Below, piece after piece: positions 20,609 through 30,231 of a stretch of 64,000 bases of DNA. The notes under the pieces are model-generated. The model ran no database searches. It was not told the origin of the DNA and worked only from the letters and a program-made list of their open reading frames with translations. Origin of the DNA: an uncultured virus (IMG/VR IMGVR_UViG_3300033753_000202). Taxonomy: Duplodnaviria > Heunggongvirae > Uroviricota > Caudoviricetes. The stretch lies in IMG/VR virus record IMGVR_UViG_3300033753_000202; one strand, given 5' to 3'. The first letter of the stretch is position 1; each line of letters starts with the position of its first letter. The translations under genes were made by a program, and so were the position numbers.

Positions 20609-21334
20609 ATGAAGGGTGGTTTTCGTCCTTCGACTGGTATGAGTTTTAACCAGCTTCGCATCGGCGTTCTGGCGGTCATGGCGGTGGTTTTGCTTATCGC
20701 TTTTATCGCCACCGGGGGTCGAGATAAGGTTGAGGACTATATCGACCAAACTTATGTGAAGGAAAGTTCTCAACAGACTGATTCTGGTTCTTTTAGTGTG
20801 TATTACGCTGATCGACCTTTTCATGAGGTCTATGAGGATATTATCTCCGCACATGAGCCGGAAAACGTGGAGATGCGGTCTTCCAAGCATTATGTGCTGA
20901 CGTATCCCCGCTCCACGGTTGGGGTAGCGGAACGGTCACCTACGGAGTCCTTGATTACGGTAGATTCCAAGTATAATCCAGAGCAACGCCGTGATATGCT
21001 CAAAATGTTGTTATATGTGCTTTTGGAGCTTGGGGATGCCGTTGGGGATGAAGTAGACTCCAATTACGATTACGACTACGATCATGACTATGACACGCGC
21101 TCTGATACTAGGTCTAAGTCGAAGTCTTATGAAGATTGGTCGGTAGATGAGCCAACTACGGGTGGTAGCGGTTCTTTCACTAAGCGTGGAGATCAGTACG
21201 ATCTACCTTCGAGTGGTTGGGACGACGATAATTCGAACGATGACTTTGATCTCGATTTTGACTGGTTTAGTGGGGGTAATGAAGTGCCGGAGCCTGAACT
21301 TTTCGAAGGTAGCGGCTCCTTTAATAAGCGATAG
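20609..21334 (+). CDS. DUF4247-like membrane-anchored protein with acidic tail
   Basis: TM helix then V.DYI...Y; position in the pspA operon; repeated GSGSF.KR. Confidence 0.5.
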   Translation: MKGGFRPSTGMSFNQLRIGVLAVMAVVLLIAFIATGGRDKVEDYIDQTYVKESSQQTDSGSFSVYYADRPFHEVYEDIISAHEPENVEMRSSKHYVLTYPRSTVGVAERSPTESLITVDSKYNPEQRRDMLKMLLYVLLELGDAVGDEVDSNYDYDYDHDYDTRSDTRSKSKSYEDWSVDEPTTGGSGSFTKRGDQYDLPSSGWDDDNSNDDFDLDFDWFSGGNEVPEPELFEGSGSFNKR

Positions 21335-21429
21335 CTTTCGTGGCTATCTCTTTCTTATTTGGACTGTTATTGACGTTATATGACTGTGAAGTTAAAATAA
21401 GAGTGTACTATGAAAGGAGTGATTTCTCG

Positions 21430-22260
21430 GTGGCTAATGAAAATGTAGCGACTGAAAATCCACGTGCGGTAAAGGACTACCCGGAAGTTCGCATCTACAC
21501 GGAGGCGGAAGCTCTGCGGCGGCTCTGCGAGAAGCGGGGTATTCCGAAAACGGATTTTCAACGCATTCACGACGAGTTGTACGGCTATCTGCTGTCGTGG
21601 TCGTCGCCGTATCCTGATGGTCGGGCGCGGCTCGATGACAGTTTGAAAGACCTCTATTTTGAAACGGCATTTGTCCTTTCAATTTCGGATATGGTGCGAC
21701 TTCTTGATTTTATGGAGGAGCAACATGCCAAGTACGAGAACTATCTGAACACCCTTCCATCGGAAGTGCTGGCAAAGCCGATGGTGGAGCTTCGGGGTAA
21801 AGTGGACGAATACGGTGTTGATTTTTCGCTGGAGTTTTCGTTCTTCTTCAATTCGGCATATTCGCATCTCAACATTCCGATTACGGTAAAGGATTGGCTG
21901 GAGCATCTGTATCGGCATAGCGACGATGCCTTGAAGTTGATTCGGGTTTGTCTTAGCGCAACGCCTGAAGAGCTGACGGAGCGCTATGGTTACACGAAAC
22001 AGCATTATGACGAAGTGCTGATTTTCTTCCGAGAGGCATGGGGTCTTCCTTTCAATGAAGCGCTGGGGTATGTTGTCAAGCAACTGCCTTCGGTTCAGCA
22101 TGAGCGGGCGTATTTCCGGGTGGTGTTGTCGTTTCTTTACTACTATGCGGACGGGTTGGATATGCAGTATTGGCAACACATCATTGACAGTCTGATTTGC
22201 GCTCGTCTTGAGGACGTTTCGTCCAGCGAGACTTTGTGTAGGTCTGTGTTGGGCAAGTAA
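21430..22260 (+). CDS. Hypothetical protein
   Basis: AAGGAGTG RBS before GTG; terminator-like hairpin follows. Confidence 0.65.
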   Translation: MANENVATENPRAVKDYPEVRIYTEAEALRRLCEKRGIPKTDFQRIHDELYGYLLSWSSPYPDGRARLDDSLKDLYFETAFVLSISDMVRLLDFMEEQHAKYENYLNTLPSEVLAKPMVELRGKVDEYGVDFSLEFSFFFNSAYSHLNIPITVKDWLEHLYRHSDDALKLIRVCLSATPEELTERYGYTKQHYDEVLIFFREAWGLPFNEALGYVVKQLPSVQHERAYFRVVLSFLYYYADGLDMQYWQHIIDSLICARLEDVSSSETLCRSVLGK

Positions 22261-22468
22261 ATTCGCACATCAAGCAGGAGGCGGGGTAATCCCGCCTTCT
22301 TTTTTTATGACTGTTTATGTACGTTGTGTAAAGTCGTTCCTTTTATTTTCTGACTAACTTATATTTTTGGTATAATCGCGCTGTGAGGTGAATGTGATGG
22401 AGCGCGAGGTACAGGTTCAACGAGAGCGATTGGGTTGGGTACAAAAATAAATAAAGGAGGTTAGAATC

Positions 22469-23506
22469 ATGACGGCTATGGCGCAAGGTAAGGTGATGAA
22501 GTTCGATGACAGGCTGAAGGAGATTTTTCTCAACTCCTGCGACCGGGTACAAAAGAAGGCGTATTTCATTGAAGTGATGAAGCCTTCCCGTCCTCGTCAG
22601 GTAACGAATGTGTTGGAAGGAGCGACGTACAACACCAAGGAAAATGACGTCATTCTGAAGGGTACGGTTGGTGAGTTGTGGGTTGCTCCGATGGAGAAGG
22701 TGTGCAAGACCTATACTAAGCCGGATGGTTCTCCGCTCACTCCTGCGGATTTCATCCCGGATCGACCGCTTCGTGTTAAGACCAAGCCCGGTAACCCTTG
22801 TTATGCGATGCAGGTTTCGAAGAGCGCGATGGTTGAGGTCAAGACGGCGTGGGGCGACGTTTTGCTAGCGAATCGACCGGGGGTAGAGCATGGCGACGGA
22901 GACTTCATTGTCTGCGGTGAAAAGAATGGCTACCCAGATCTTAGCGACGTTTGGGTGGTCAACGGCTTGGTTTTCAAATCTACTTATGAGGTTCTTCCCA
23001 AGTCTACGTCCAAGATCGCTATGGAACAGGAAGCGGGGGTAAGGAGTAAGCATTATAATCCGTCAAACCCCAACCTTAGCCATAAGTGCGAGTTGAAGAA
23101 CTTGCAGTTTAACTACCGCAACCTTACGATGTCTTTCTTTGACCGGGCGTTCCTCAACAATGAGTTGCGTTTGACTTTTACGGTTTGTCCGACGCATGAT
23201 TTGCGTGACCCGCTTGATTTTGTGTTGGTTCAGGTAATCAAGGATGGGAACATCCACTACGGTCTGAAAACGACGCAAGGTTCACACGTCTTTGAAGCCA
23301 TTCGTCGTCCGTTGGATCAGCGGTATAAGACGACGAGGGGTATTGTTGAAGCGTTGTACTCGGTAATTCGAGATGGACACTTCCTTTACCCACATAACCC
23401 TTATGCACCGTTGCTGTACCCGGTGCAAGTCCACGGGGCGTATCAAAGTGGGGTAAACGCGGCGGGCAAGCGCGACTTCTTTGAGTTTCGGGCTTCTTTC
23501 GTTTGA
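22469..23506 (+). CDS. Hypothetical two-domain protein
   Basis: AAGGAGG RBS; N-terminal half has repeated T.EG/T.WG...GD(F/V)I...G..GE/D.W..F..TY phage-type motifs. Confidence 0.7.
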   Translation: MTAMAQGKVMKFDDRLKEIFLNSCDRVQKKAYFIEVMKPSRPRQVTNVLEGATYNTKENDVILKGTVGELWVAPMEKVCKTYTKPDGSPLTPADFIPDRPLRVKTKPGNPCYAMQVSKSAMVEVKTAWGDVLLANRPGVEHGDGDFIVCGEKNGYPDLSDVWVVNGLVFKSTYEVLPKSTSKIAMEQEAGVRSKHYNPSNPNLSHKCELKNLQFNYRNLTMSFFDRAFLNNELRLTFTVCPTHDLRDPLDFVLVQVIKDGNIHYGLKTTQGSHVFEAIRRPLDQRYKTTRGIVEALYSVIRDGHFLYPHNPYAPLLYPVQVHGAYQSGVNAAGKRDFFEFRASFV

Positions 23507-23555
23507 CACCTAGAAAATTTTTACGAAACTTTTTAATTTTCTTCCGAACTAGGTG

Positions 23556-23584
23556 TTGACCGTCGTCGACTTCCGAGTTATACT
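23556..23584 (+). promoter_or_regulatory. sigmaA-type promoter of the ncRNA/tmRNA operon
   Basis: TTGACC-N17-TATACT with an AT-rich upstream element. Confidence 0.75.
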
Positions 23585-23593
23585 GACATCAGT

Positions 23594-23717
23594 TCCGCTG
23601 GAGGGCGGCGGGTCGGCAGGTAGAGTGGCTTACCTCGGTTGGGTTGGACTGCTGACGGGGGCAGGTTCTGACGCGCAGGGCGGCGTTTCGGAGAGTTCCC
23701 CTTTGTCCTCCGGCGGA
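23594..23717 (+). ncRNA. Unknown structured RNA A
   Basis: 13-bp closing stem TCCGCTGGAGGGC/GTCCTCCGGCGGA; internal GTCGGCAG/CTGCTGAC helix. Confidence 0.55.
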
Positions 23718-23721
23718 CGGC

Positions 23722-23797
23722 GGGAGGTGGCGCGGTAGCCGTAATGAGTCGGCGCAGTTTGGCGCGGACTGGGTGCTGTTTCGGGTGCGCCGCTCCC
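23722..23797 (+). ncRNA. Unknown structured RNA B
   Basis: Closing stem GGGAG-GTGGCGC/GCGCCG-CTCCC. Confidence 0.45.
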
Positions 23798-23805
23798 ACT
23801 ATCAT

Positions 23806-23866
23806 GCACCTATTGGTGATGCACCCCTTTGGGTGGTCGGTGGTTCGAATCCACCAAGGTGCGCCG
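23806..23866 (+). ncRNA. Minimal tRNA-like RNA lacking a proper D arm
   Basis: Acceptor GCACCT/AGGTGC, perfect T arm GGTGG-TTCGAAT-CCACC, hairpin CACCC-cttt-GGGTG. Confidence 0.55.
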
Positions 23867-23868
23867 AT

Positions 23869-23981
23869 GTCCGGGCTTGTGTAGCGGTTTTGCGGAATAC
23901 CCCCTCTGTTGAGGGCAAGTCTGCACGGCTGAAGGCGTGGATTCCTTCCAAGGACGGCGGAAATGTCTTCCAAGCCCGGAC
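23869..23981 (+). ncRNA. Unknown structured RNA C
   Basis: Perfect 11-bp closing stem GTCCGGGCTTG/CAAGCCCGGAC. Confidence 0.55.
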
Positions 23982-23989
23982 TCCGTTTT

Positions 23990-24505
23990 GGGGTCGTCTT
24001 TTGGGTTCGACGGGCGACTGGGTGCAAGACTTTTGAGCGGTATGCAACCACCTTACGGGGCAACGCCAATTAAATGGCAACGAACAACTCGCTGTAGCCT
24101 GATAGCGTATCCGGCTACTCCTAAACGGAGAGGTCGCCTACCAACTCCTGCGGATCGAGGATAAGGCTGACGGACAGGAAAGACTGACTAGGGGTTTCCG
24201 ATAAGAACGTGGCGGTCTTATCGGAGAGGTATACCGAGAAAGGGAACCAAAACGGGCGTTCCGTATCCCGCGAAGTACGGGCGGTGAGTGTCTCGCGTAA
24301 CGCGATTGGGGGTATGCGGCGATTTTCGGAGCGAAGACTCCGACAAGACGGCTCACATTAATTTCTCCCCTTGGGAGAGAGCGAGTATCAGAAGACCTTG
24401 GTATTCGACTTATGGGTGGCTCCTTCCAATGTGCTAGGCTACGCTCAATAAATGGTCTTGAGGAAGGTTGTTCGGACAGGGGTTCGAATCCCCTCGACTC
24501 CACCA
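23990..24505 (+). ncRNA. ssrA: tmRNA, tag (A)GNEQLAVA**
   Basis: Acceptor GGGGTCG/CGACTCC-ACCA with G3:U70; GGGTTCGAC D-loop analogue; T arm AGGGG-TTCGAAT-CCCCT; tag ORF 24076-24105 after TAAAT. Confidence 0.92.
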
Positions 24506-24588
24506 TGTTGGCTGTCGGACTTCGGGACGCGAAAGCCTTTCGAAGTTGCGGCTTGGGTCGACCCCTAAAGCCAACATCAACCCCACAG

Positions 24589-24630
24589 AAGTCTCTGCAG
24601 TTTGAGGAATCTCGACTGCAGAGACTTTTT
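24589..24630 (+). terminator. Terminator of the ncRNA operon
   Basis: AAGTCTCTGCAGT...ACTGCAGAGACTT + T run. Confidence 0.75.
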
Positions 24631-24700
24631 ATTTGTTGTTTTTGAACTTTTTCCGGTACTGGTTTCTATATTGGGTATTCTTGCATTTGAGGTGATTTTC

Positions 24701-25231
24701 TTGAACAAGGATATCTTTCTGCAACAGCAAGCGTCGGCGTATGTCGATCATTATCGAGAGGTTATTGTTTCTCGGTTGAAGAAGGAATTGGTGGATTTCC
24801 ATAGCTTTTTGGTGGAAGTTTGTGATTTCCGTAAGCACTTTTACGCTATCTTCCTCGATCATCTTGAGGATATTAAGACCTACTATCAATTCAATGATCT
24901 TGGACTGACGGGGGAGGAGTACGATAAGGTACTCCAGCGTTTGTGGCTTCGTTTCCGGGGTGATGTGTATCCTTTGGTTCTCAAGGAGATACAAACTTGT
25001 CTGCCGGATGAGATTGGTTCTCTTGAAAAACTTGCGGATTATATCGAGAAGGGTTTGCAGGATTATGTACTGGAAGACCCCGAGGATGAGAAGCTGTATC
25101 GTGAGGACATTGAGGAAATCGCCCTGCTTCGGGGGTACGCCAATAATTTGCGGCAACTTTCCTCTGCTTTGGAGAAGGCGTTGGATGCGGCGAGTGAGCA
25201 TCCTTGGGTCACTTTGTCACGCAAGCCTTAG
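24701..25231 (+). CDS. Hypothetical protein
   Basis: GAGGTG RBS before TTG; acidic, helical-looking ORF. Confidence 0.6.
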   Translation: MNKDIFLQQQASAYVDHYREVIVSRLKKELVDFHSFLVEVCDFRKHFYAIFLDHLEDIKTYYQFNDLGLTGEEYDKVLQRLWLRFRGDVYPLVLKEIQTCLPDEIGSLEKLADYIEKGLQDYVLEDPEDEKLYREDIEEIALLRGYANNLRQLSSALEKALDAASEHPWVTLSRKP

Positions 25232-25360
25232 TCTTTGAATCTTGCGTCTTTCCTTCTTCTTCATTTTCTTTAAACGATTCGTGCGGAATAGTTAGCACTT
25301 TCTAACTTTCCGTCCGAATCGTTTATACATTCCTATAAATCTTTCAAAGGAGGTTCCTTA

Positions 25361-26815
25361 ATGAAAAAGGCATCACGAGTATTACTTTGCTTGCTGGTCT
25401 GTACACTTCTGCTCCCTTCTTTTGCATTTGCGGAGGAAGAGCAGGAACCTGTCAAGGTCTTCCTCAATGGTCGCCAAATGCAGTTCCCTGTTGACCCCAT
25501 CATCGAGCAGGGGGTAACGCTGGTTCCTTTCCGAGCGATTTTTGAAGCTTTGGGGTTGGAGGTTGGCTGGGATGGCGAGAATCAAAAGGTTACTGGCTCA
25601 CGCGAAGGACTGACCATTGAGATGACTCTTGGAAATCAGAACGTCTATGTAAATGGTCGTCGTCAGCGTCTGGATATCGCACCGAAGGTAGTTAATGGTA
25701 CGACGCTCGTTCCGCTTCGCTTTGTTTCGGAGGTTTCCGGTAAAGAGGTAATTTGGAACGGGGAAGAACGCCGTATCGACATCAATTCGGGGTATGAGCT
25801 GGTGCAAACTTACGATCCTTTGGCTCGCGATAGCTTTATACCATTGGAGAAGGTTTCCGATCATAGCAACATTAAACCGGAAATTTATCGTGACGGTGAT
25901 TACCTCTATGTTATGTGGACGAAGCCGTATGCGGCGACTTCTGGAAGTACCGCCCTGCAGGGGTATGATTTTTATCTCTCTGTCGCCCGTAACAATCAAT
26001 GGTTGGTGAGGGCGGAGAAAGTCTACACCAAAACGGGGACTAAGGAATACCCGTTCACTCTGAAGTATTTTGATGGGAAATACTTCATCCAAGAGGGTTC
26101 TTCCATTTCGGTGTTGACTCCGACGAAAGAAGGGAAATTGGAGTCGAAGACGTTCACTACGAACCTTCCGGTCAGCACGACACCACTTCCGAAGAACTCC
26201 GGCTTGAACATTCAAGTGAGCTTGGATTGGCAACCGATCCATTCGGCTGACGGTTATGTGGTGTTGGTGCATGCATCGCAACTGTTCAATAACGTCAGCA
26301 CCACTTGGAATCGTTTGTACTATCCGGCTTCGACAACGTACAATAACTTCATTGACTTCAAGGATATCCACGGGGTAACGAAGTCCAAGCAGGACACGTT
26401 CTACTATGATAACTACTCGCGTATTATTTACCTCATCAATGGCGGGTATTATCGTCAGTTGGATATCGACTCCGGCGACTTGAAGTACACTGTCACGGGT
26501 CAAGACTTGACGCTTCCGTTCGTGGACGGCGTATTCTCGCAAGCAAACCTTATTATCTCGAATGGAAAAATGCTTTTGCTTTATGTACCGTCGGGTTCGA
26601 ATACTTATCGTTTTGTCGATATCGATCCGACGACGCTCAAACCGCGTAAGGATAAGAACTTCTTCTCGGAGGTTGAACCGAGGGGCATCAACTGGTCGAA
26701 GCAGTATTTGTACTGGGATGGTAACGCTCTGCAAACCTACGAGTACTATCAGTTCTCTCGCAAACCGGCGGTTAAGAGCCAAATCTTCCGTTTTGTTAAT
26801 TACTCTGCGCGGTAA
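25361..26815 (+). CDS. Secreted protein with copper amine oxidase-like N-terminal (stalk) domain
   Basis: Signal peptide AFA|E; TLVPFRAIFEALG.EV.WD and TLVPLRFVSE..G..V.W. Confidence 0.9.
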   Translation: MKKASRVLLCLLVCTLLLPSFAFAEEEQEPVKVFLNGRQMQFPVDPIIEQGVTLVPFRAIFEALGLEVGWDGENQKVTGSREGLTIEMTLGNQNVYVNGRRQRLDIAPKVVNGTTLVPLRFVSEVSGKEVIWNGEERRIDINSGYELVQTYDPLARDSFIPLEKVSDHSNIKPEIYRDGDYLYVMWTKPYAATSGSTALQGYDFYLSVARNNQWLVRAEKVYTKTGTKEYPFTLKYFDGKYFIQEGSSISVLTPTKEGKLESKTFTTNLPVSTTPLPKNSGLNIQVSLDWQPIHSADGYVVLVHASQLFNNVSTTWNRLYYPASTTYNNFIDFKDIHGVTKSKQDTFYYDNYSRIIYLINGGYYRQLDIDSGDLKYTVTGQDLTLPFVDGVFSQANLIISNGKMLLLYVPSGSNTYRFVDIDPTTLKPRKDKNFFSEVEPRGINWSKQYLYWDGNALQTYEYYQFSRKPAVKSQIFRFVNYSAR

Positions 26816-26980
26816 TCGCGGAGCATTAGCCCCTCTGTTGAGGGGTTTTTCTTTTTGACTTTATTGTTCTTTTTGACGTCATATGGTATAATAGTTTTGC
26901 TTTCGACGAGAGATGGGGTATTTGCGCTCAGACTGAGGGATATACTTATACAAAGGGCGTATCTTAAAGGAGGATTTATC

Positions 26981-27469
26981 ATGAAACCAACTCGTAAGGA
27001 AACGAAGAAGTTGATTTGGTCGAACATGCCGGACTTCGAGTGTTGCGTTGATAAGAAGCGTGGTCGTGTATGTGATTGTGCGTATCAGGATTTGCAGGAT
27101 GAGCGGCTTAACTTGAATGTTCGTTTACCGGGGAAAGTGGTAGCCATCGCGGACATTGGGACGTGGCGTGGTCGAGTCGCGGGGTACAAAGTTTTGAATG
27201 ATCTTCTCAGTTCGATGTTCGATGTTACTTGCGACTACAATGAGTTTTACAGTGATGGGCATAATATTCGTTCCCGGCAGGTGCATCACGATGGGACGAA
27301 CTATCTGTTGTTCCGTATGCTTCGTCCGGACATGAATCCCGAGCCGCTTTTCCGTCGTATTTTGGATGACAATTTTGATCAAGCGCTGATCAATCGGTAC
27401 ACGGTCAGTTTGCATCCGTATGTTGCGGAGGTTTACGGTTGGAAGAGCAGACCGAAGGCTAAGGTGTAA
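26981..27469 (+). CDS. Hypothetical phage-type protein
   Basis: AAGGAGG RBS; IAD.G.W.GR..GYK, HHDGTN..LFR. Confidence 0.7.
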   Translation: MKPTRKETKKLIWSNMPDFECCVDKKRGRVCDCAYQDLQDERLNLNVRLPGKVVAIADIGTWRGRVAGYKVLNDLLSSMFDVTCDYNEFYSDGHNIRSRQVHHDGTNYLLFRMLRPDMNPEPLFRRILDDNFDQALINRYTVSLHPYVAEVYGWKSRPKAKV

Positions 27470-27729
27470 CTTCCTCTTTCCGTCTTTCCCTCTCCGTTTC
27501 CTTTCTCATCGTATAGGGTAGGGGTATTCTCCTACCCTTTCTTTATGATAATTTTTAGACTTACCACTTCGTTTAACCAATCCTGTCCTTCCTCAATAAG
27601 TTACTTTGGTTTTTTAACTCTCCTTTATTCGTTTAGAGTGTCATTTTGTTCGACTTGTGAAAATTGTCGGACGTTTTGCTTGATCATCCCTGATAACCTT
27701 GTTATACTACTATCGTACAAAACCTTTCT

Positions 27730-28278
27730 ATGAAGGTACTTTTACCTGTTTTGGGGGTGAAAATTTTGACGGTAAATCGAGTTTACCTTTACGTTATTGA
27801 CACGGCAAGGTTGGGGGAATCCTCTAATTTTGAGGACGGTATTCCACGGGAGAAAACGCATCTTGACCTTTCTATTTATAAGTCGGATCGTCTACTGAAG
27901 CCGGGGGATTACTTTGGAGATTGTGAGTACCCGGATCGCGTGGGGTCTTTGCGGAATTTGAGGATGTCCTCTGAAGACCCTAATCTTACCACACCGGATG
28001 AGTTGGAGGGGTATTGGAACTCGTTCCCGCTTTCTCCTAACGAGGTACCGAAGATCATTATCATTACGCCGTATTCCGATGACACCCCGGTTTATTCCGT
28101 GGACTACGTTGGAACGCTCAACAATTACAAGGGGCAGGTTAAAGGTGAAGTGGTTTCTTCCATTGAAGATCGTCACATTGACATGTTCCAGCTTCCCTTG
28201 GAAGAGTTGAGTGGGCGTTTTGATGTTTTTCCGAGGGATGAGATTCATCTTTCTCATGGCAAGCCATTGAATTCTTGA
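27730..28278 (+). CDS. Hypothetical protein, paralog 1 (start probably about 27766)
   Basis: Shares LYVID, F.DGIP, G.LRNLR.S, P.LTT..EL.GY, PKIIII with the next ORF. Confidence 0.7.
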   Translation: MKVLLPVLGVKILTVNRVYLYVIDTARLGESSNFEDGIPREKTHLDLSIYKSDRLLKPGDYFGDCEYPDRVGSLRNLRMSSEDPNLTTPDELEGYWNSFPLSPNEVPKIIIITPYSDDTPVYSVDYVGTLNNYKGQVKGEVVSSIEDRHIDMFQLPLEELSGRFDVFPRDEIHLSHGKPLNS

Positions 28279-28294
28279 TTGGAGGTGAGTTTTC

Positions 28295-28768
28295 TTGCCG
28301 AACAAACCGTTTTATTTGTACGTCATTGATCCGTACTCGCATGGTGAAGCGGATGAACCCGTTTTCAAAGATGGAATCCCGGTATCGGGGGTATTTGACG
28401 TGGATGTCTTTGCGTCTACGGACTTCCTTCCGCTCGGGTCGTATTTCGAGAATCGACTTAGCTCGGGGTATGTCGGGGGTTTGCGGAATCTCCGGTTGTC
28501 GCCAGACGAGCCGGATCTTACGACAGAGAGCGAGTTGCGGGGGTATTTCAATCCGCCAATGCTTCAGCCGACGGATCGTCCGAAGATCATCATTATTTCT
28601 CTTGGGCAAGCCCCCGGCAGTTATCGGATTGATGACGTGGGAGATCTGACGGATTACTTTGGCGACGGGGTGTTTACTTGTCGTCTGAGTAGGAGATATG
28701 TGCAACTGCCGTCTGACGATGGTGACTCGTTTTACAATTTCAATCTTGGTACTCCTTTTCGTTGCTGA
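28295..28768 (+). CDS. Hypothetical protein, paralog 2
   Basis: Same motifs as the preceding ORF; GGAGGTG RBS. Confidence 0.7.
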   Translation: MPNKPFYLYVIDPYSHGEADEPVFKDGIPVSGVFDVDVFASTDFLPLGSYFENRLSSGYVGGLRNLRLSPDEPDLTTESELRGYFNPPMLQPTDRPKIIIISLGQAPGSYRIDDVGDLTDYFGDGVFTCRLSRRYVQLPSDDGDSFYNFNLGTPFRC

Positions 28769-28856
28769 CCTATCCTCCTTCTTTCGGAAGGAAAGTTCAT
28801 GTTCTTTTTCTGATAAAGTGTTGGACAAGCTCTATTAAGCGTCGGAGGCGATTTTT

Positions 28857-29492
28857 ATGCGACAAGGTATGTTCATTACATTCGAAGGTGGTGAAGGTTC
28901 CGGTAAGTCTTCGGCGCTTAAACGTCTGCGGGAGCGCATTGAAGCACAGGGGTATTCGGTCATCGCAACGCGGGAACCGGGCGGGGTTGAAATAGCCGAG
29001 CAGATCCGTCGAGTTATTCTGGACGTGAAAAATACCGATATGACGGGTGTTACGGAAGTTTTGTTGTATGCCGCCGCGAGGAATCAGCACTTGGTTGAGC
29101 GAGTATTACCTGCCCTTCGAGCAGGGACACATGTCCTTTGCGACCGTTTTGTGGATAGCTCTTTGGTCTATCAGGGGTATGCCCGAGGTCAGGACGTGTC
29201 GATGGTTCAAGCCATCAATGCGTATGCCACGCAAGGAATAACTCCGATGCTGACACTTTGGTTCGATGTTGACCCGGAGGTTGGGTTATCTCGGATCGCG
29301 GCAAATGCAGGACGAGAGGTTAATCGGTTGGACTTGGAGTCGTTGGACTTCCATCGCAAGGTTCGCGAGGGGTATCATCAGCTTTATCTTACCTATCCCG
29401 AAAGAATCGTGCGGATCGATGCCAATTGTTCTGTTGCGGAGGTTGATGAAGCAGTTCTTGCGGCTGTCCAACGTTTCATCCCTTTGATGTAA
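28857..29492 (+). CDS. tmk: Thymidylate kinase
   Basis: [32 protein letters not shown]. Confidence 0.95.
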   Translation: MRQGMFITFEGGEGSGKSSALKRLRERIEAQGYSVIATREPGGVEIAEQIRRVILDVKNTDMTGVTEVLLYAAARNQHLVERVLPALRAGTHVLCDRFVDSSLVYQGYARGQDVSMVQAINAYATQGITPMLTLWFDVDPEVGLSRIAANAGREVNRLDLESLDFHRKVREGYHQLYLTYPERIVRIDANCSVAEVDEAVLAAVQRFIPLM

Positions 29493-29773
29493 TGAATCAT
29501 CCTATTGAGGGGGTGTGTATATGGTGACATGGTGCAACGGAGTGCTTCGGTCGATATGCCAGCGCTTGACGAGGTTAGCGCTTCTGATGCAGATCCCTCG
29601 GAAGGTGAGGAACCGCAAGCCTGATCCGGGCGTCTTCCAAGGTAGGGTCACCTGCGAGGGATTCCACCTTTCTCCCAAGACGAAACTTCTTCTCGATGGA
29701 GTTTCGTCTTTTTCCTTTTGAACACTGACTGTTGTTATACAGTTGACCAATTTGCGCGAGGGGGTAATTACCG

Positions 29774-30073
29774 TTGGCTTACCTGTTTGCTTTTCTGACT
29801 TGCTCACACCCAACCAACCATACATACCATCATTCTCTGCGCGAATCTCTTGCCCGTGTCACGTTTCTTGGTACGTTCGCGCATTTCTTCTCGCATCTCC
29901 TTTCGACCCTTCTTATCTTTTTCGGACTTTCTGGATTCCATGTGCATTCGGTTTCGCATCATCATGACCATCTGTTGGTTTTTGAGTCTTTCTTTTTGAG
30001 TGAGTCCTTGCATCTGTTCTTGTTTGCTTTTCTCGCTCATTGGGAATCTCGGAGGGGCATCTGGAAAAGGTAA
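29774..30073 (+). CDS. Possible small His-rich hydrophobic protein
   Basis: GAGGGGG RBS-like sequence before TTG; 14 His in 99 aa. Confidence 0.4.
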   Translation: MAYLFAFLTCSHPTNHTYHHSLRESLARVTFLGTFAHFFSHLLSTLLIFFGLSGFHVHSVSHHHDHLLVFESFFLSESLHLFLFAFLAHWESRRGIWKR

Positions 30074-30231
30074 CTTTGCTCACCAGAAGAGTTTTCTGCT
30101 CTGTAAGTATCTCTCGGCGTACACGTTATCTCGAGTGAATGCTCTTTTGCGGGGTAGCTTTCTCTTGTTTGTGCGGACACACCGCACTTGTTTTTATTTT
30201 CCTACGACTTTTAGATAGGAGGTCGGTTTTG

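Noticed and set aside
24100..24460. Group I intron in the tmRNA
   Set aside because: The T loop is uninterrupted and I could not identify P7 or other core intron motifs.
23553..24645. ORFs overlapping the ncRNA/tmRNA operon and the tRNA arrays
   Set aside because: They are explained by GC-rich structured RNA genes.
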